Source: Acaryochloridaceae cyanobacterium VAR_48_metabat_390 (lineage in GTDB: Bacteria; Cyanobacteriota; Cyanobacteriia; Thermosynechococcales; Thermosynechococcaceae). From it: a stretch of 19,037 nucleotides of DNA. Position numbers and translations under genes: made by a program. The stretch is from contig JANPLU010000064.1 of assembly GCA_031422435.1 (NCBI GenBank), positions 1-19,037 on the forward strand. The letters run 5' to 3'. Under the pieces are notes generated by a model, which saw only the letters and a program-made list of their open reading frames with translations, did not search any database and had not been told where the DNA came from. This document shows positions 9,465 through 18,433 of this stretch, piece after piece (positions within the stretch are counted from its first letter, which is position 1; every line of letters starts with the position of its first letter).

Positions 9465-9959
9465 ATGAAAAAACGATATTTCTTACAGGCGAGTGCTGCA
9501 ATGGTAGGCACCGCGTGGCTGTCTCATTATTTATCGGGTTGCAGCAAAGAAAAAGCCGTTGCCACCACGGCCTTTGAAGTCACCAAAACCGAAGCAGAAT
9601 GGCGCAAAATTCTGACACCAGCCCAATTTTATGTCTTGCGGCAGCACGGGACAGAACAAGCTGGCACCAGCCCCCTAGATCATCAATATGGCAAAGGCAC
9701 CTACCACTGCGCGGGGTGCAACCTGCCTTTATTCACTGCAAACACTAAATTCAACAGCGGTACAGGCTGGCCTAGCTTTTATGCATTCATTGAAAAAGCT
9801 GTGGGCACCTCCGAAGACAGTAAGTTTGGCATGACTCGGACTGAAGTTCACTGTCGCCGCTGTGGTGGACACCTGGGTCACGTTTTTATTGATGGCCCAC
9901 CCCCCACTGGCAAACGCTATTGTATGAATGGCGTGGCACTCAAATTTGTGCCCGCGTAA
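9465..9959 (+). CDS. msrB: Peptide-methionine (R)-S-oxide reductase, exported form
   Basis: GTGWPSF, two CxxC zinc motifs (CAGC, CRRC), GHLGHVF and RYCMNG. N-terminus MKKRYFL...LSGC looks like a Tat lipoprotein signal. Start ATG 9465. Confidence 0.95.
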   Translation: MKKRYFLQASAAMVGTAWLSHYLSGCSKEKAVATTAFEVTKTEAEWRKILTPAQFYVLRQHGTEQAGTSPLDHQYGKGTYHCAGCNLPLFTANTKFNSGTGWPSFYAFIEKAVGTSEDSKFGMTRTEVHCRRCGGHLGHVFIDGPPPTGKRYCMNGVALKFVPA

Positions 9960-10020
9960 AACAGCAGCGAGAAAAGCTTCAGCTACGCCTGATTAAAACA
10001 ATTAAATACACCCTCAGACT

Positions 10021-11250
10021 ATGACGACCGTTTTTGAGCGAATCCAGCAGTTCAACCAGACGCGCGACCCTCAGCTTGTCGCGCTTAAGTATCAGAAAAT
10101 GCAGGCAGATAAATCCGCGTTCACCTTCCTGCGTGGAACCTGCCACCTGTTTTATGAAGACTGGCCGACCGAAATCACGCTCAATACTGCGCCCCTCACC
10201 TGGATTTGTGGCGACCTGCACCTCGAAAACTTTGGCACCTACAAAGGTGATAATCGCCTCACCTACTTTGATATCAACGACTTTGATGAGTCAGCCCTAG
10301 CACCCTGTACCTGGGAACTGGCACGTTTTCTCACTAGCGTATTGGTTGCAGCCCAAAGCTTAGACCTAGATGAACCCTCGGCGCTGACGCTCTGCGATCG
10401 CTTTCTCCAAAGCTACACTCTCGCCCTTGCCACGGGACAGGCGTGTACCGTTGAGCAGGAAACCGCAACGGGCATGGTCAAAGATTTACTGATGAGCTTA
10501 AAACAGCGCGATCGCAAATCCTTCTTAGATGAGCGCACCACCCTTAAAAAAGGCCAGCGAAAGCTAATCCTTGACAGCAAACATACCGCCATCCCAACCG
10601 ATGAGAAAAACCGTCTCATAGACTTCATAGAGCAATGGCGACTTCAGCAGTCAAACCCTGAATTCTTTAAGGTGCTAGACCTTACCCATCGCAGCGCTGG
10701 GACAGGCAGTCTGGGTATTCAGCGCTATGCCCTACTTGTAGAAGGGAACGGTTCGCCCGACCAAAATTACCTGTTAGATTTTAAAGCCCAGTCTGATTCT
10801 GCCCTCGCACCCTACCTAAAACATAAACAGCCCCTTTGGCACAACCCCGCCCAGCGCGTTACATCCGTACAGCAGCGGGTTCAGGGAATGCCGCCTGCCC
10901 TTCTAGATGCCCTTACCTTTGATGGACAGTCTTTTTTGCTCAAAGAACTTCAGCCTACTCAAGATCGCCTAAATCTTAAGCAGAGCAAAGTGAATCGCCT
11001 TGAGAAGGTAATGACGACGATGGGCAATGTGGTGGCTTGGGGACAGTTGCGTAGTAGCGGTCGTCAAAGGTCTGCGGACTCTGGGTGCGTCACCGCTCTG
11101 AAAGAGCTAGCTATCGCCGATGATCTAATCACCTTTGCCCAAGATCCCCGCTGGCATCAGCCGCTGCTTGCCTATGTCCGTGCCTACAGCCATCAGGTCA
11201 GATTAGACTACCGCAGCTTTTGCAATGCGCTGGCAGAGGCAACCCCATGA
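10021..11250 (+). CDS. DUF2252 family protein (kinase-like)
   Basis: FTFLRGT, ICGDLHLENFG, FDINDFDE and AGTGSLG motifs. Confidence 0.88.
   Translation: MTTVFERIQQFNQTRDPQLVALKYQKMQADKSAFTFLRGTCHLFYEDWPTEITLNTAPLTWICGDLHLENFGTYKGDNRLTYFDINDFDESALAPCTWELARFLTSVLVAAQSLDLDEPSALTLCDRFLQSYTLALATGQACTVEQETATGMVKDLLMSLKQRDRKSFLDERTTLKKGQRKLILDSKHTAIPTDEKNRLIDFIEQWRLQQSNPEFFKVLDLTHRSAGTGSLGIQRYALLVEGNGSPDQNYLLDFKAQSDSALAPYLKHKQPLWHNPAQRVTSVQQRVQGMPPALLDALTFDGQSFLLKELQPTQDRLNLKQSKVNRLEKVMTTMGNVVAWGQLRSSGRQRSADSGCVTALKELAIADDLITFAQDPRWHQPLLAYVRAYSHQVRLDYRSFCNALAEATP
11077..11112. mobile_element. 36-nt small dispersed repeat-like insert in a HIP1 site, in frame within DUF2252
   Basis: Flanked by GCG (11074-11076) and ATCGC (11113-11117); removing it restores GCGATCGC. 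Contains two mini-hairpins. Confidence 0.65.
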
Positions 11251-11696
11251 ACCCAATCTTTTTCCAGACGATAGGAGACACTAGCCTTCGGTTAGGGGTT
11301 GCGGTCATCATTGGGGGGCTAATCGGCTGGAATCGCCAAATTGCAGGCAAACCAGCCGGACTCAGAACCCACATGCTGGTGAGCTTAGGCGCTGCCTTAA
11401 TTGTGCTAATTCCCGTCCAAGCTAACCCCGCCCACAGCGCAGATGGGTTAAGCCGCGCTATTCAGGGGGTTGCCACAGGTATTGGCTTCTTGGGCGCAGG
11501 CGAAATTCTGCATCGCCAATCCGTCAAAAGCAATCAAGAAACCGTCAAGGGTCTTACCTCTGCCGCTGCGCTTTGGACCACGGCAGCGCTCGGAATGATC
11601 AGTGGCTGTGGTCTGTGGGCAACAGGCTTAATTGGGACGGTGCTGGTGCTGCTTATCTTGACGGTAGCCAAACATCTAGAGAAGTATATTAAGTAG
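11247..11696 (+). CDS. MgtC/SapB family membrane protein (membrane domain only)
   Basis: AGLRTHMLVSLGAA, GIGFLGAGEI and GLTSAAALW motifs. ATGA overlap with the DUF2252 stop codon. Confidence 0.93.
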   Translation: MNPIFFQTIGDTSLRLGVAVIIGGLIGWNRQIAGKPAGLRTHMLVSLGAALIVLIPVQANPAHSADGLSRAIQGVATGIGFLGAGEILHRQSVKSNQETVKGLTSAAALWTTAALGMISGCGLWATGLIGTVLVLLILTVAKHLEKYIK

Positions 11697-11733
11697 GTCT
11701 TTAGTCATAAAGCTGGCAAAGCACAGCCAAACC

Positions 11734-12306
11734 TTAATACGCCTCTTGAAGCTCGTAAAAGTCAGGGCTGATATAGTCTTTTCGTAGAGGCCAGCCGACC
11801 CAATCTTCCGGCATCAGTAGACGCTTCAGGTTAGGGTGGCCTTCATACACAATGCCGTACATATCGTAGGTTTCGCGCTCTTGCCAGTCTGCCGTCTTCC
11901 AAATCCAGTAGAGCGAAGGGATGGTTGGGTCTTCGCGGGGTAGAAACACCTTCACCCGCACCTCTTCAGGCTGCGTTACATCGTCCTTCACCTTTACAAG
12001 GTGGTACATACTCACCAAATCTTGGCCTGGGCCTGCATCATAGCCCCCTTGGCACTGAAGATAGTTAAACCCGTAGGCATAAAGCGCCGTCGCAAAGGGC
12101 ACCAAAAATGCACGATCAACCTTCAGAATTTCAACGCCAAGGTGGTCAAGCCCTAAAGACTCATGGATAAAACCATCTGCAGTCAAACGGTGAGACAGCG
12201 GTCCTACTTCTTGTATGGCGCTGCTATCGGGCACAATAGCGACTTCTGGAGTAGCCGCAGCCGCAGCCGCAGATTCAGGGGTTTCAGATTGGGGCGTCTC
12301 AGACAT
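11734..12306 (-). CDS. ndhJ: NAD(P)H-quinone oxidoreductase subunit J
   Basis: [29 protein letters not shown] and GWPLRKDY motifs; AAGGAG upstream. Confidence 0.97.
   Translation of the reverse strand: MSETPQSETPESAAAAAATPEVAIVPDSSAIQEVGPLSHRLTADGFIHESLGLDHLGVEILKVDRAFLVPFATALYAYGFNYLQCQGGYDAGPGQDLVSMYHLVKVKDDVTQPEEVRVKVFLPREDPTIPSLYWIWKTADWQERETYDMYGIVYEGHPNLKRLLMPEDWVGWPLRKDYISPDFYELQEAY
12254..12271 (+). repeat. (GCCGCA)3 in-frame microsatellite encoding the NdhJ poly-Ala run
   Basis: Three exact tandem hexamers. Confidence 0.8.
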
Positions 12307-12351
12307 GAGTTCAGCACAGCTCCTTGGGAGATGACAATAAATAAATGACGG

Positions 12352-12714
12352 TCAAGACCATTCCAAGGCACCTTTGCGCCAAGCATAGACTAACCCAACC
12401 ACCAAAATGGCAATAAAGATTAGGGCTTCAATAAACGCCAGTACGCCTAGAGTGTGAAATGCTACCGCCCACGGGTACAAAAAAACTGTCTCCACGTCAA
12501 AAATGACGAAGACTAAGGCAAACATATAGTATCGAATGTTGAACTGAATCCAGGCTCCGCCCACTGGCTCCATCCCAGATTCGTAGGTGGTGCGACGCTC
12601 AGGACCACGATTGCTAGGCCGCAGCAGCTTAGAAGCCGTTAGAGCCAGCACTGGAACCAGGCTGCAAATAATGAGAAATCCGAGAAGATATTCGTAGCCG
12701 CTTAAAACAAACAC
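12352..12714 (-). CDS. ndhC: NAD(P)H-quinone oxidoreductase subunit 3
   Basis: [28 protein letters not shown] and RKGALEWS motifs; GTG start; TATAAT on the minus strand at 12760-12755. Confidence 0.98.
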   Translation of the reverse strand: MFVLSGYEYLLGFLIICSLVPVLALTASKLLRPSNRGPERRTTYESGMEPVGGAWIQFNIRYYMFALVFVIFDVETVFLYPWAVAFHTLGVLAFIEALIFIAILVVGLVYAWRKGALEWS

Positions 12715-12838
12715 GCCGTCATTCCCTTGCCGATTGAACGCAGGTTTGCATCATATTATAAAGACTTGCGGGTGTCTCTACACGAAACAACCCAATAGAT
12801 TTTGAATGGTTACGCTCAAATTCACCCCTAAGTTTGGC

Positions 12839-13561
12839 CTAAACCTGCCCTAAAATAGCCTGTCTCATTTCTCGAACCGCCCGATCTAGCCCCACCAGCG
12901 CAGCACGGCTAATAATGGTGTGCCCTATATTCAGCTCTTCCATGCCTTCAATCTGGGCAACTGAATACACGTTCCAATAGGTCAGCCCATGACCTGCATT
13001 CACACGTAGCCCCAGCGCGCGGGCTTGACGGCAACCTTCTGCTAAAGTCTCGAGTTCTTTGTGCTGTTCAGCTTCGGTTTTGGCTTCGCCGTAGCTGCCC
13101 GTATGCAGCTCAATAAACTGAGCTGAGGTATGGGCTGCTGCCGCTAGCTGGGCTGGGTCTGCATCAATAAATAGGCTAACCGGAATGCTGGCAGATTGAA
13201 GCTGTTGAACCACTGAGGTATAGACGCTTAACTGCGCTGCAACGTCTAGCCCACCTTCTGTGGTGATCTCTTCTCTGCGCTCTGGCACCAAGGTCACATA
13301 GTCTGGCTTGATGGAAAGGGCAATCTCGACCATTTCTGAGGTTGCCGCCATTTCTAAATTCAGACGGGTGCGAACCACCTGGCGCAAAAGCTGCACATCT
13401 CGGTCTTGGATGTGCCGACGATCTTCGCGCAGGTGGCAGGTAATGCCATCGGCTCCTGCCAGTTCGGCAATTACCGCAGCCGCAATAGGATCCGGTTCTA
13501 CGGTGCGGCGGGCTTGACGTAGGGTGGCAATGTGGTCAATGTTGACTCCAAGGGTAGGCAA
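12839..13561 (-). CDS. pdxJ: Pyridoxine 5'-phosphate synthase
   Basis: [37 protein letters not shown] and ELNIGH motifs; TTG start. Confidence 0.97.
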   Translation of the reverse strand: MPTLGVNIDHIATLRQARRTVEPDPIAAAVIAELAGADGITCHLREDRRHIQDRDVQLLRQVVRTRLNLEMAATSEMVEIALSIKPDYVTLVPERREEITTEGGLDVAAQLSVYTSVVQQLQSASIPVSLFIDADPAQLAAAAHTSAQFIELHTGSYGEAKTEAEQHKELETLAEGCRQARALGLRVNAGHGLTYWNVYSVAQIEGMEELNIGHTIISRAALVGLDRAVREMRQAILGQV

Positions 13562-13690
13562 GGCTCAGTCCTCTGGTACGCAATGCGCCATCAAAACGGC
13601 ATTTAGATTCGTTAATCTAACAAAGTTTGCAAGCACTTGCGGCACTTTTGCTCGTTTTAGTGAAAGGAATTTTAGGGGAAATCGCCCTCT

Positions 13691-14053
13691 CTAACCTTTC
13701 GGCCAGCCTTTCTGGGCTTGAGCCAAGACATATTTTGCCAACGCCTGAATTTCCGATAGGCTGAGCTTGTCGCGGTAGGCCGACATGTTGTTTTTACCGT
13801 TGGTGATGAGGGTGGCGATCGCCCCCACCGTATCCACCTCATTTTGCGTCAGCGCCTTGAGCTTCAGATTTTTTCCCCGCCGGATAATATTGCCGCCGTT
13901 GAGATGACACCCTGCACAGTGAACCTCAAACAGCGCTGCTGGCTGAGCAGAAGCCGTTAAGCTGTCTGCCAAAGCAGGTAGGGTGATAGAGACGAGTAGT
14001 AGGGCGATCGCCAAACGCGCCACCCACCCAAACATAAATTTTTGTACGTTCAC
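13691..14053 (-). CDS. Cytochrome c6-like protein (c6B/c6C, PetJ2 type)
   Basis: Signal peptide ending ALA, CAGCH heme motif, GGNIIRRGKNL, axial Met in GKNNMSAY. Start probably GTG 14053 (AAGGA 7 nt upstream) or ATG 14035. Confidence 0.85.
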   Translation of the reverse strand: MNVQKFMFGWVARLAIALLLVSITLPALADSLTASAQPAALFEVHCAGCHLNGGNIIRRGKNLKLKALTQNEVDTVGAIATLITNGKNNMSAYRDKLSLSEIQALAKYVLAQAQKGWPKG

Positions 14054-14320
14054 ACACATTTCCTTAAGTTGTCGTTTTGAATCAATCGGCTGCTGCTTAC
14101 GAAAAGGTTTAGGCATACTGTCAGCGCAGACTCAGCCTCAAACAAGATTCTATTTTTTCTTAGAAGAATTTTTGAAGCCAATGAGAAAGGATTGATTGTG
14201 CAGATAAAACTTTGCATCCTTGCAGGGTTTCACTTAAGATTTTGAGAAAAGTATCAAATCTGATTAACTATTCTCAGAATAAAAGATTTCGACTAGATCC
14301 TAATATTGAGAGACTCTGCT

Positions 14321-14593
14321 ATGAGAAACCTACTGCCTTTAACCGCAACGTCTAGCTACAAGATTGCATTTCTCTCCCCTCAAACTTTTGAAGAGACACA
14401 AGAAGCGATTACTGCGCTGAAGGATGGCGAGATTGTGCTGTTCAACCTAGCAGAACTCGGTCCTGTCCAGGCTCAGCGCATTGAAGACTTTGTTTCCGGC
14501 AGCGCCTGCGCTTTGTCTGGGCATAAAGCTGAAGTGGGCAATGGCGTTATGCTATTTGCACCTGCTACGGCACAGATTACGGTTCCCGTTTAG
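14321..14593 (+). CDS. SepF-family protein, core domain only
   Basis: PQTFEE..AI.ALK...VLFNL....AQRIEDFVSG...AL.GH...VG..V.LFAP matches the SepF C-terminal domain. Confidence 0.8.
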   Translation: MRNLLPLTATSSYKIAFLSPQTFEETQEAITALKDGEIVLFNLAELGPVQAQRIEDFVSGSACALSGHKAEVGNGVMLFAPATAQITVPV

Positions 14594-14814
14594 CGGCTTA
14601 CACCTATAACCTTTGGTATCGGAAGGGTTCAGCAATAGGCTGCTAGTCTATGTACTGCTAAGCTAATCCAATTTAGACACAAGGCGACTTCAGACCATCT
14701 TTTTGACCAATAGAGCCGTAATATCTTCCGACTGAGTGATTTACGCTCTGCTTTGCGGTAGGGACTTTAAACTAAAGACAGGAAGTTCCATCGCCAAAGA
14801 CTTTAAGGTATTCC

Positions 14815-15921
14815 ATGACGCGTAATCAGCATCCCTCCAGTGGTCTTCTGACAGAGCTTTCAACAGATTTGCCTCCAACAGATTTGATAAATACCAACCT
14901 TGGCCTCGAAGATTGGAGCCGCCTCCAAGTTGATGTCCTTTCTGATTCAGAGCATTTAATCCAGGCGTCTGACGGCGCAGATGTGATTCAGGGTCTGCAG
15001 GGCGTCCCTAAAACCCTCCCTGCAAAATATTTTTACGATGATTTTGGCTCACACCTATTTGAAGAAATTTGCGATCTTCCCGAATATTATCTAACGCGCA
15101 CCGAACGCAAAATTTTAGAGCATTGTGCCGATGAACTTGTGGCGCAGATTGGCTCCTGTGATCTAGTTGAGCTGGGCAGCGGCAGCGCTACCAAAACCCA
15201 AATTTTGTTCCGTGCCTACGGCGATCGCCCTGTGCGCTACATTCCCATTGACGTGAGCGGCGGTATGCTCAAGCAGAGCGCCCTTGAGCTTTTGGCAAAG
15301 TATGCCAATCTCGAAATTCATGGGCTAGTGGGCACCTATGATGCAGCTTTAGCTCATTTGCCACCCGTACAGCAGAATCAGCGACTGATTGTGTTTTTGG
15401 GCAGCTCTTTGGGGAATTTAGATGAAGGGGAATGCGATCGCCTCTTTCGCCAAGTTTCTGATGCCCTCAACCCAGGGGAATATTTTCTGCTCGGCGTTGA
15501 TCTACAAAAGCCCGTAGAAGTGCTAAAAGCCGCCTATAACGACAGCCAGGGTGTCACAGCGGCCTTTAATCTCAATATGCTGCGCCATCTCAATCAGCGA
15601 TTTAGCGGCAGCTTTTGTCTAGAGCAGTTTGAGCATGAGGCGATTTATAACGCCACCGACAGCCAAATTGAAATGCACTTAAGAAGCCGTTGTGACCAAA
15701 GCGTTAGGCTAGAAGCATTAGACTTGAGCTGTCATTTTGCAGCCAACGAAACCATTCGCACTGAAATTTCGCGCAAATTTAACCTAGATGCACTCAAAGC
15801 ACAGCTTCAGCAAGCCGCTGGTGCTGTCCATCCTAGTCATCGGCTGGCACCCGTAAGGGTTTGGAGCGATCCGCAGCAGTGGTTTGGACTGGTTTTGAGC
15901 CAGCTTCAGCCCATCTCGTAA
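14815..15921 (+). CDS. egtD: L-histidine N-alpha-methyltransferase (ergothioneine/hercynine biosynthesis)
   Basis: PKTLPAKYFYD, LPEYYLTRTE, ELGSGSATKT, AYNDSQGVTAAFNLN and IRTEISRKF motifs. Confidence 0.93.
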   Translation: MTRNQHPSSGLLTELSTDLPPTDLINTNLGLEDWSRLQVDVLSDSEHLIQASDGADVIQGLQGVPKTLPAKYFYDDFGSHLFEEICDLPEYYLTRTERKILEHCADELVAQIGSCDLVELGSGSATKTQILFRAYGDRPVRYIPIDVSGGMLKQSALELLAKYANLEIHGLVGTYDAALAHLPPVQQNQRLIVFLGSSLGNLDEGECDRLFRQVSDALNPGEYFLLGVDLQKPVEVLKAAYNDSQGVTAAFNLNMLRHLNQRFSGSFCLEQFEHEAIYNATDSQIEMHLRSRCDQSVRLEALDLSCHFAANETIRTEISRKFNLDALKAQLQQAAGAVHPSHRLAPVRVWSDPQQWFGLVLSQLQPIS

Positions 15922-16081
15922 CGGTGGCAATAGGGCATTACCAAGCGCAAGATACAATGGGTGCGAAGTTAGTGCGTGCAAAGTTCGTACAAAGTGGCTA
16001 CGAACAGGCCACACTTGTAAAAATAAACGTTGTCGTTAAAAGTTGTCGTGATTGCGACCTGCATGAGGAGATTCCGCTCGG

Positions 16082-18121
16082 ATGGGAAAAGTTGTCGGTA
16101 TTGATTTAGGCACCACCAATTCTGTCATTGCCGTCATGGAAGGGGGCAAACCCGTTGTGATTGCCAATGCAGAAGGCAGCCGAACAACGCCCTCCGTGGT
16201 TGGGTTTGGAAAGGATGGTGAGCGTTTAATTGGTCAGCTAGCCAGACGGCAAACGGTCTTAAATCCCCAAAACACTTTTTACTCCGTTAAGCGATTTATG
16301 GGGCGCAAGTACGCCGAACTCAATGCAGATTCTAAGCGGGTGCCCTACACCATCCGTCGAGATGAGGCGGGGGAAATCAAAATTAAATGTCCGCGACTTG
16401 AGAAAGAGTTTGCCCCAGAAGAAATTTCGGCGATGATTTTGAAGAAGCTGGCAGAAGAAGCCAGTCGCTACTTGGGTGAACCTGTTACCAGTGCCGTTGT
16501 CACCGTTCCGGCCTACTTTAACGATGCCCAGCGCCAAGCCACCCGCGATGCCGGACGCATTGCAGGCATTGATATTAAGCGCATCCTTAATGAGCCAACG
16601 GCAGCGGCCTTGGCCTACGGCTTAGACCGCGATGAAGTGCAGACTGTGATGGTGTTTGACCTGGGCGGCGGCACCTTTGACGTGTCTATTTTGGATGTGG
16701 GCAATGGCGTTTTTGAAGTGCTTGCTACCAGCGGTGATACCCAGCTCGGCGGCAATGACTTTGACAAGCTGATTGTAGACTGGCTGGCAGAGCAGTTTTT
16801 AGAAACCGAAGGGATTGATTTACGGCGCGATCGCCAGTCTCTCCAGCGCCTGACCGAAGCCGCAGAAAAGGCCAAGATTGAGCTGTCGGGGCTGCCCGAT
16901 ACCAACATTAGCCTACCTTTCATCACCGCCACAGAAGATGGACCAAAACACCTAGATGTAATGCTCTCTCGCGGACAGTTTGAGAGGCTTTCGAGCGAAT
17001 TGGTACAGCGACTGAAAGACCCTGTTGCGTTAGCCCTACAGGACTCAAACCTGCGCCCTACCGAAATTGATGAAGTGGTCTTAGTGGGTGGCTCTACCCG
17101 CATCCCCTTTGTGCAGCGGCTGGTGCGCGACTTTATTCAAAAAGAGCCAAACCAAAATGTGAACCCAGATGAGGTGGTTGCCGTTGGCGCAGCGGTGCAG
17201 GCTGGCATTTTGGCTGGCGATCTCAAAGACATTATGCTGTTAGACGTGACCCCCCTCTCTTTGGGGCTAGAAACCATTGGCGGCGTCATGAAGCCCTTAA
17301 TTCCCCGCAATACGACCATTCCTGTCCGGCGCTCTGATGTCTTTTCGACCGCAGAGAATAACCAGAGCCAAGTAGAAGTTCATATTCTGCAAGGGGAACG
17401 GCAGCTTGCGGACAATAATAAATCTTTAGGGCGGTTTCAGCTTCGGGGCATTCCTCCTGCGCCGCGCGGCATCCCTCAGGTGCAGGTGTCTTTTGACATT
17501 GACGCAAACGGCATTTTACAGGTGACGGCGTTAGACAAATACACCGGACGCGAACAAAGCATTACGGTACAGGGTGCCACCAACCTCTCAGAATCTGAAA
17601 TTGCCCGCATGATGAAAGATGCGGATCAATTTTCTGATACTGATCGCCGTCGCCGAGAACGCATTGAGAAGCGCAACCGATCACAGGATTTGATTGCCCA
17701 ATGCGATCGCCGCTTGCGGGAAGTCAATCTAGACTTTGGTCCTCAGTTTGCGGGGGGGCTACGGCGACAAATTGAGGCGCTCAGCCGCGATTTGCAAGAT
17801 AGCCTTACCCAAGATGACGACCGCCTTATTGACCTCAATTACGCTAGCCTTCAGGACACGCTTTATGAGTTAGTGCGAGAAATGACCGAGGCTGGCAATG
17901 GCTATGACGATGAAGAAGACCTGTTTAACCTGCCTTCCATGGATTCCATCAAAGGAGTTGTTGCCAAAGGGGTAGATGCCATTCGCGGCACCACCTCAAG
18001 CTCTAGCGCTGCGAGAAGTCGCACCACTACATCTACCAACCGATACGGAGATGAACGCAGCGCGAGCAGCAGCCGTCCCAACCGAAGCACTTGGGATGAC
18101 TGGGATGATGATAGCTGGTAG
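16082..18121 (+). CDS. dnaK: Molecular chaperone DnaK, cyanobacterial DnaK3 type
   Basis: [17 protein letters not shown] and DLGGGTFD motifs. Extended tail ending WDDWDDDSW, and a dnaJ follows, as for dnaK3. Confidence 0.97.
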   Translation: MGKVVGIDLGTTNSVIAVMEGGKPVVIANAEGSRTTPSVVGFGKDGERLIGQLARRQTVLNPQNTFYSVKRFMGRKYAELNADSKRVPYTIRRDEAGEIKIKCPRLEKEFAPEEISAMILKKLAEEASRYLGEPVTSAVVTVPAYFNDAQRQATRDAGRIAGIDIKRILNEPTAAALAYGLDRDEVQTVMVFDLGGGTFDVSILDVGNGVFEVLATSGDTQLGGNDFDKLIVDWLAEQFLETEGIDLRRDRQSLQRLTEAAEKAKIELSGLPDTNISLPFITATEDGPKHLDVMLSRGQFERLSSELVQRLKDPVALALQDSNLRPTEIDEVVLVGGSTRIPFVQRLVRDFIQKEPNQNVNPDEVVAVGAAVQAGILAGDLKDIMLLDVTPLSLGLETIGGVMKPLIPRNTTIPVRRSDVFSTAENNQSQVEVHILQGERQLADNNKSLGRFQLRGIPPAPRGIPQVQVSFDIDANGILQVTALDKYTGREQSITVQGATNLSESEIARMMKDADQFSDTDRRRRERIEKRNRSQDLIAQCDRRLREVNLDFGPQFAGGLRRQIEALSRDLQDSLTQDDDRLIDLNYASLQDTLYELVREMTEAGNGYDDEEDLFNLPSMDSIKGVVAKGVDAIRGTTSSSSAARSRTTTSTNRYGDERSASSSRPNRSTWDDWDDDSW

Positions 18122-18220
18122 GCCGCAATATAGTCCCGTGAGTTGAGGATTAGCCCTTACAGCCGATCTGCACCCCGATCTACAAAATGATGGGGGCAAA
18201 CGATAAGCTATTGTAGCTAT

Positions 18221-18400
18221 GGATCGTGGATTAAATAATATCCAAACTTTGACCCTCACCCCCAACCCCTCTCCCAGAACGGGAGAGGGGAGTAAGAGTC
18301 TTGTCCCCCCTCTCCCGCCCTGGGAGAAGGGGTTAGGGGATGAGAGAGTGCAAAGCGCATCGCTGCTAAGCGATCCTCTGGGTTATTTAATTCACGATCC
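18221..18400. mobile_element. 180-bp MITE-like element with 18-bp terminal inverted repeats and an internal REP-like double hairpin
   Basis: GGATCGTGGATTAAATAA (18221-18238) and TTATTTAATTCACGATCC (18383-18400) are reverse complements at 17 of 18 positions. Confidence 0.72.
18253..18346. repeat. Inverted pair of C-rich/G-rich palindromic REP-like units
   Basis: Hairpin CCCCTCTCCC-AGAAC-GGGAGAGGGG (18266-18290); second hairpin about 18306-18332; outer arms CTCACCCCCAACCCC / GGGGTTAGGGGATGAG are largely complementary. Confidence 0.85.
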
Positions 18401-18433
18401 TAAGGTTAATTTTTTGGCTCAACTGCACGTTCC

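Noticed and set aside
15849..15860. ACCC-GTAA-GGGT mini-hairpin in the 3' end of egtD as a second small insert
   Set aside because: No split HIP1 site or definable boundaries; a 4-bp stem is expected by chance.
15983..16005. 7-bp inverted repeat GTTCGTA/TACGAAC upstream of dnaK
   Set aside because: Not a CIRCE element, and too short to distinguish from chance.
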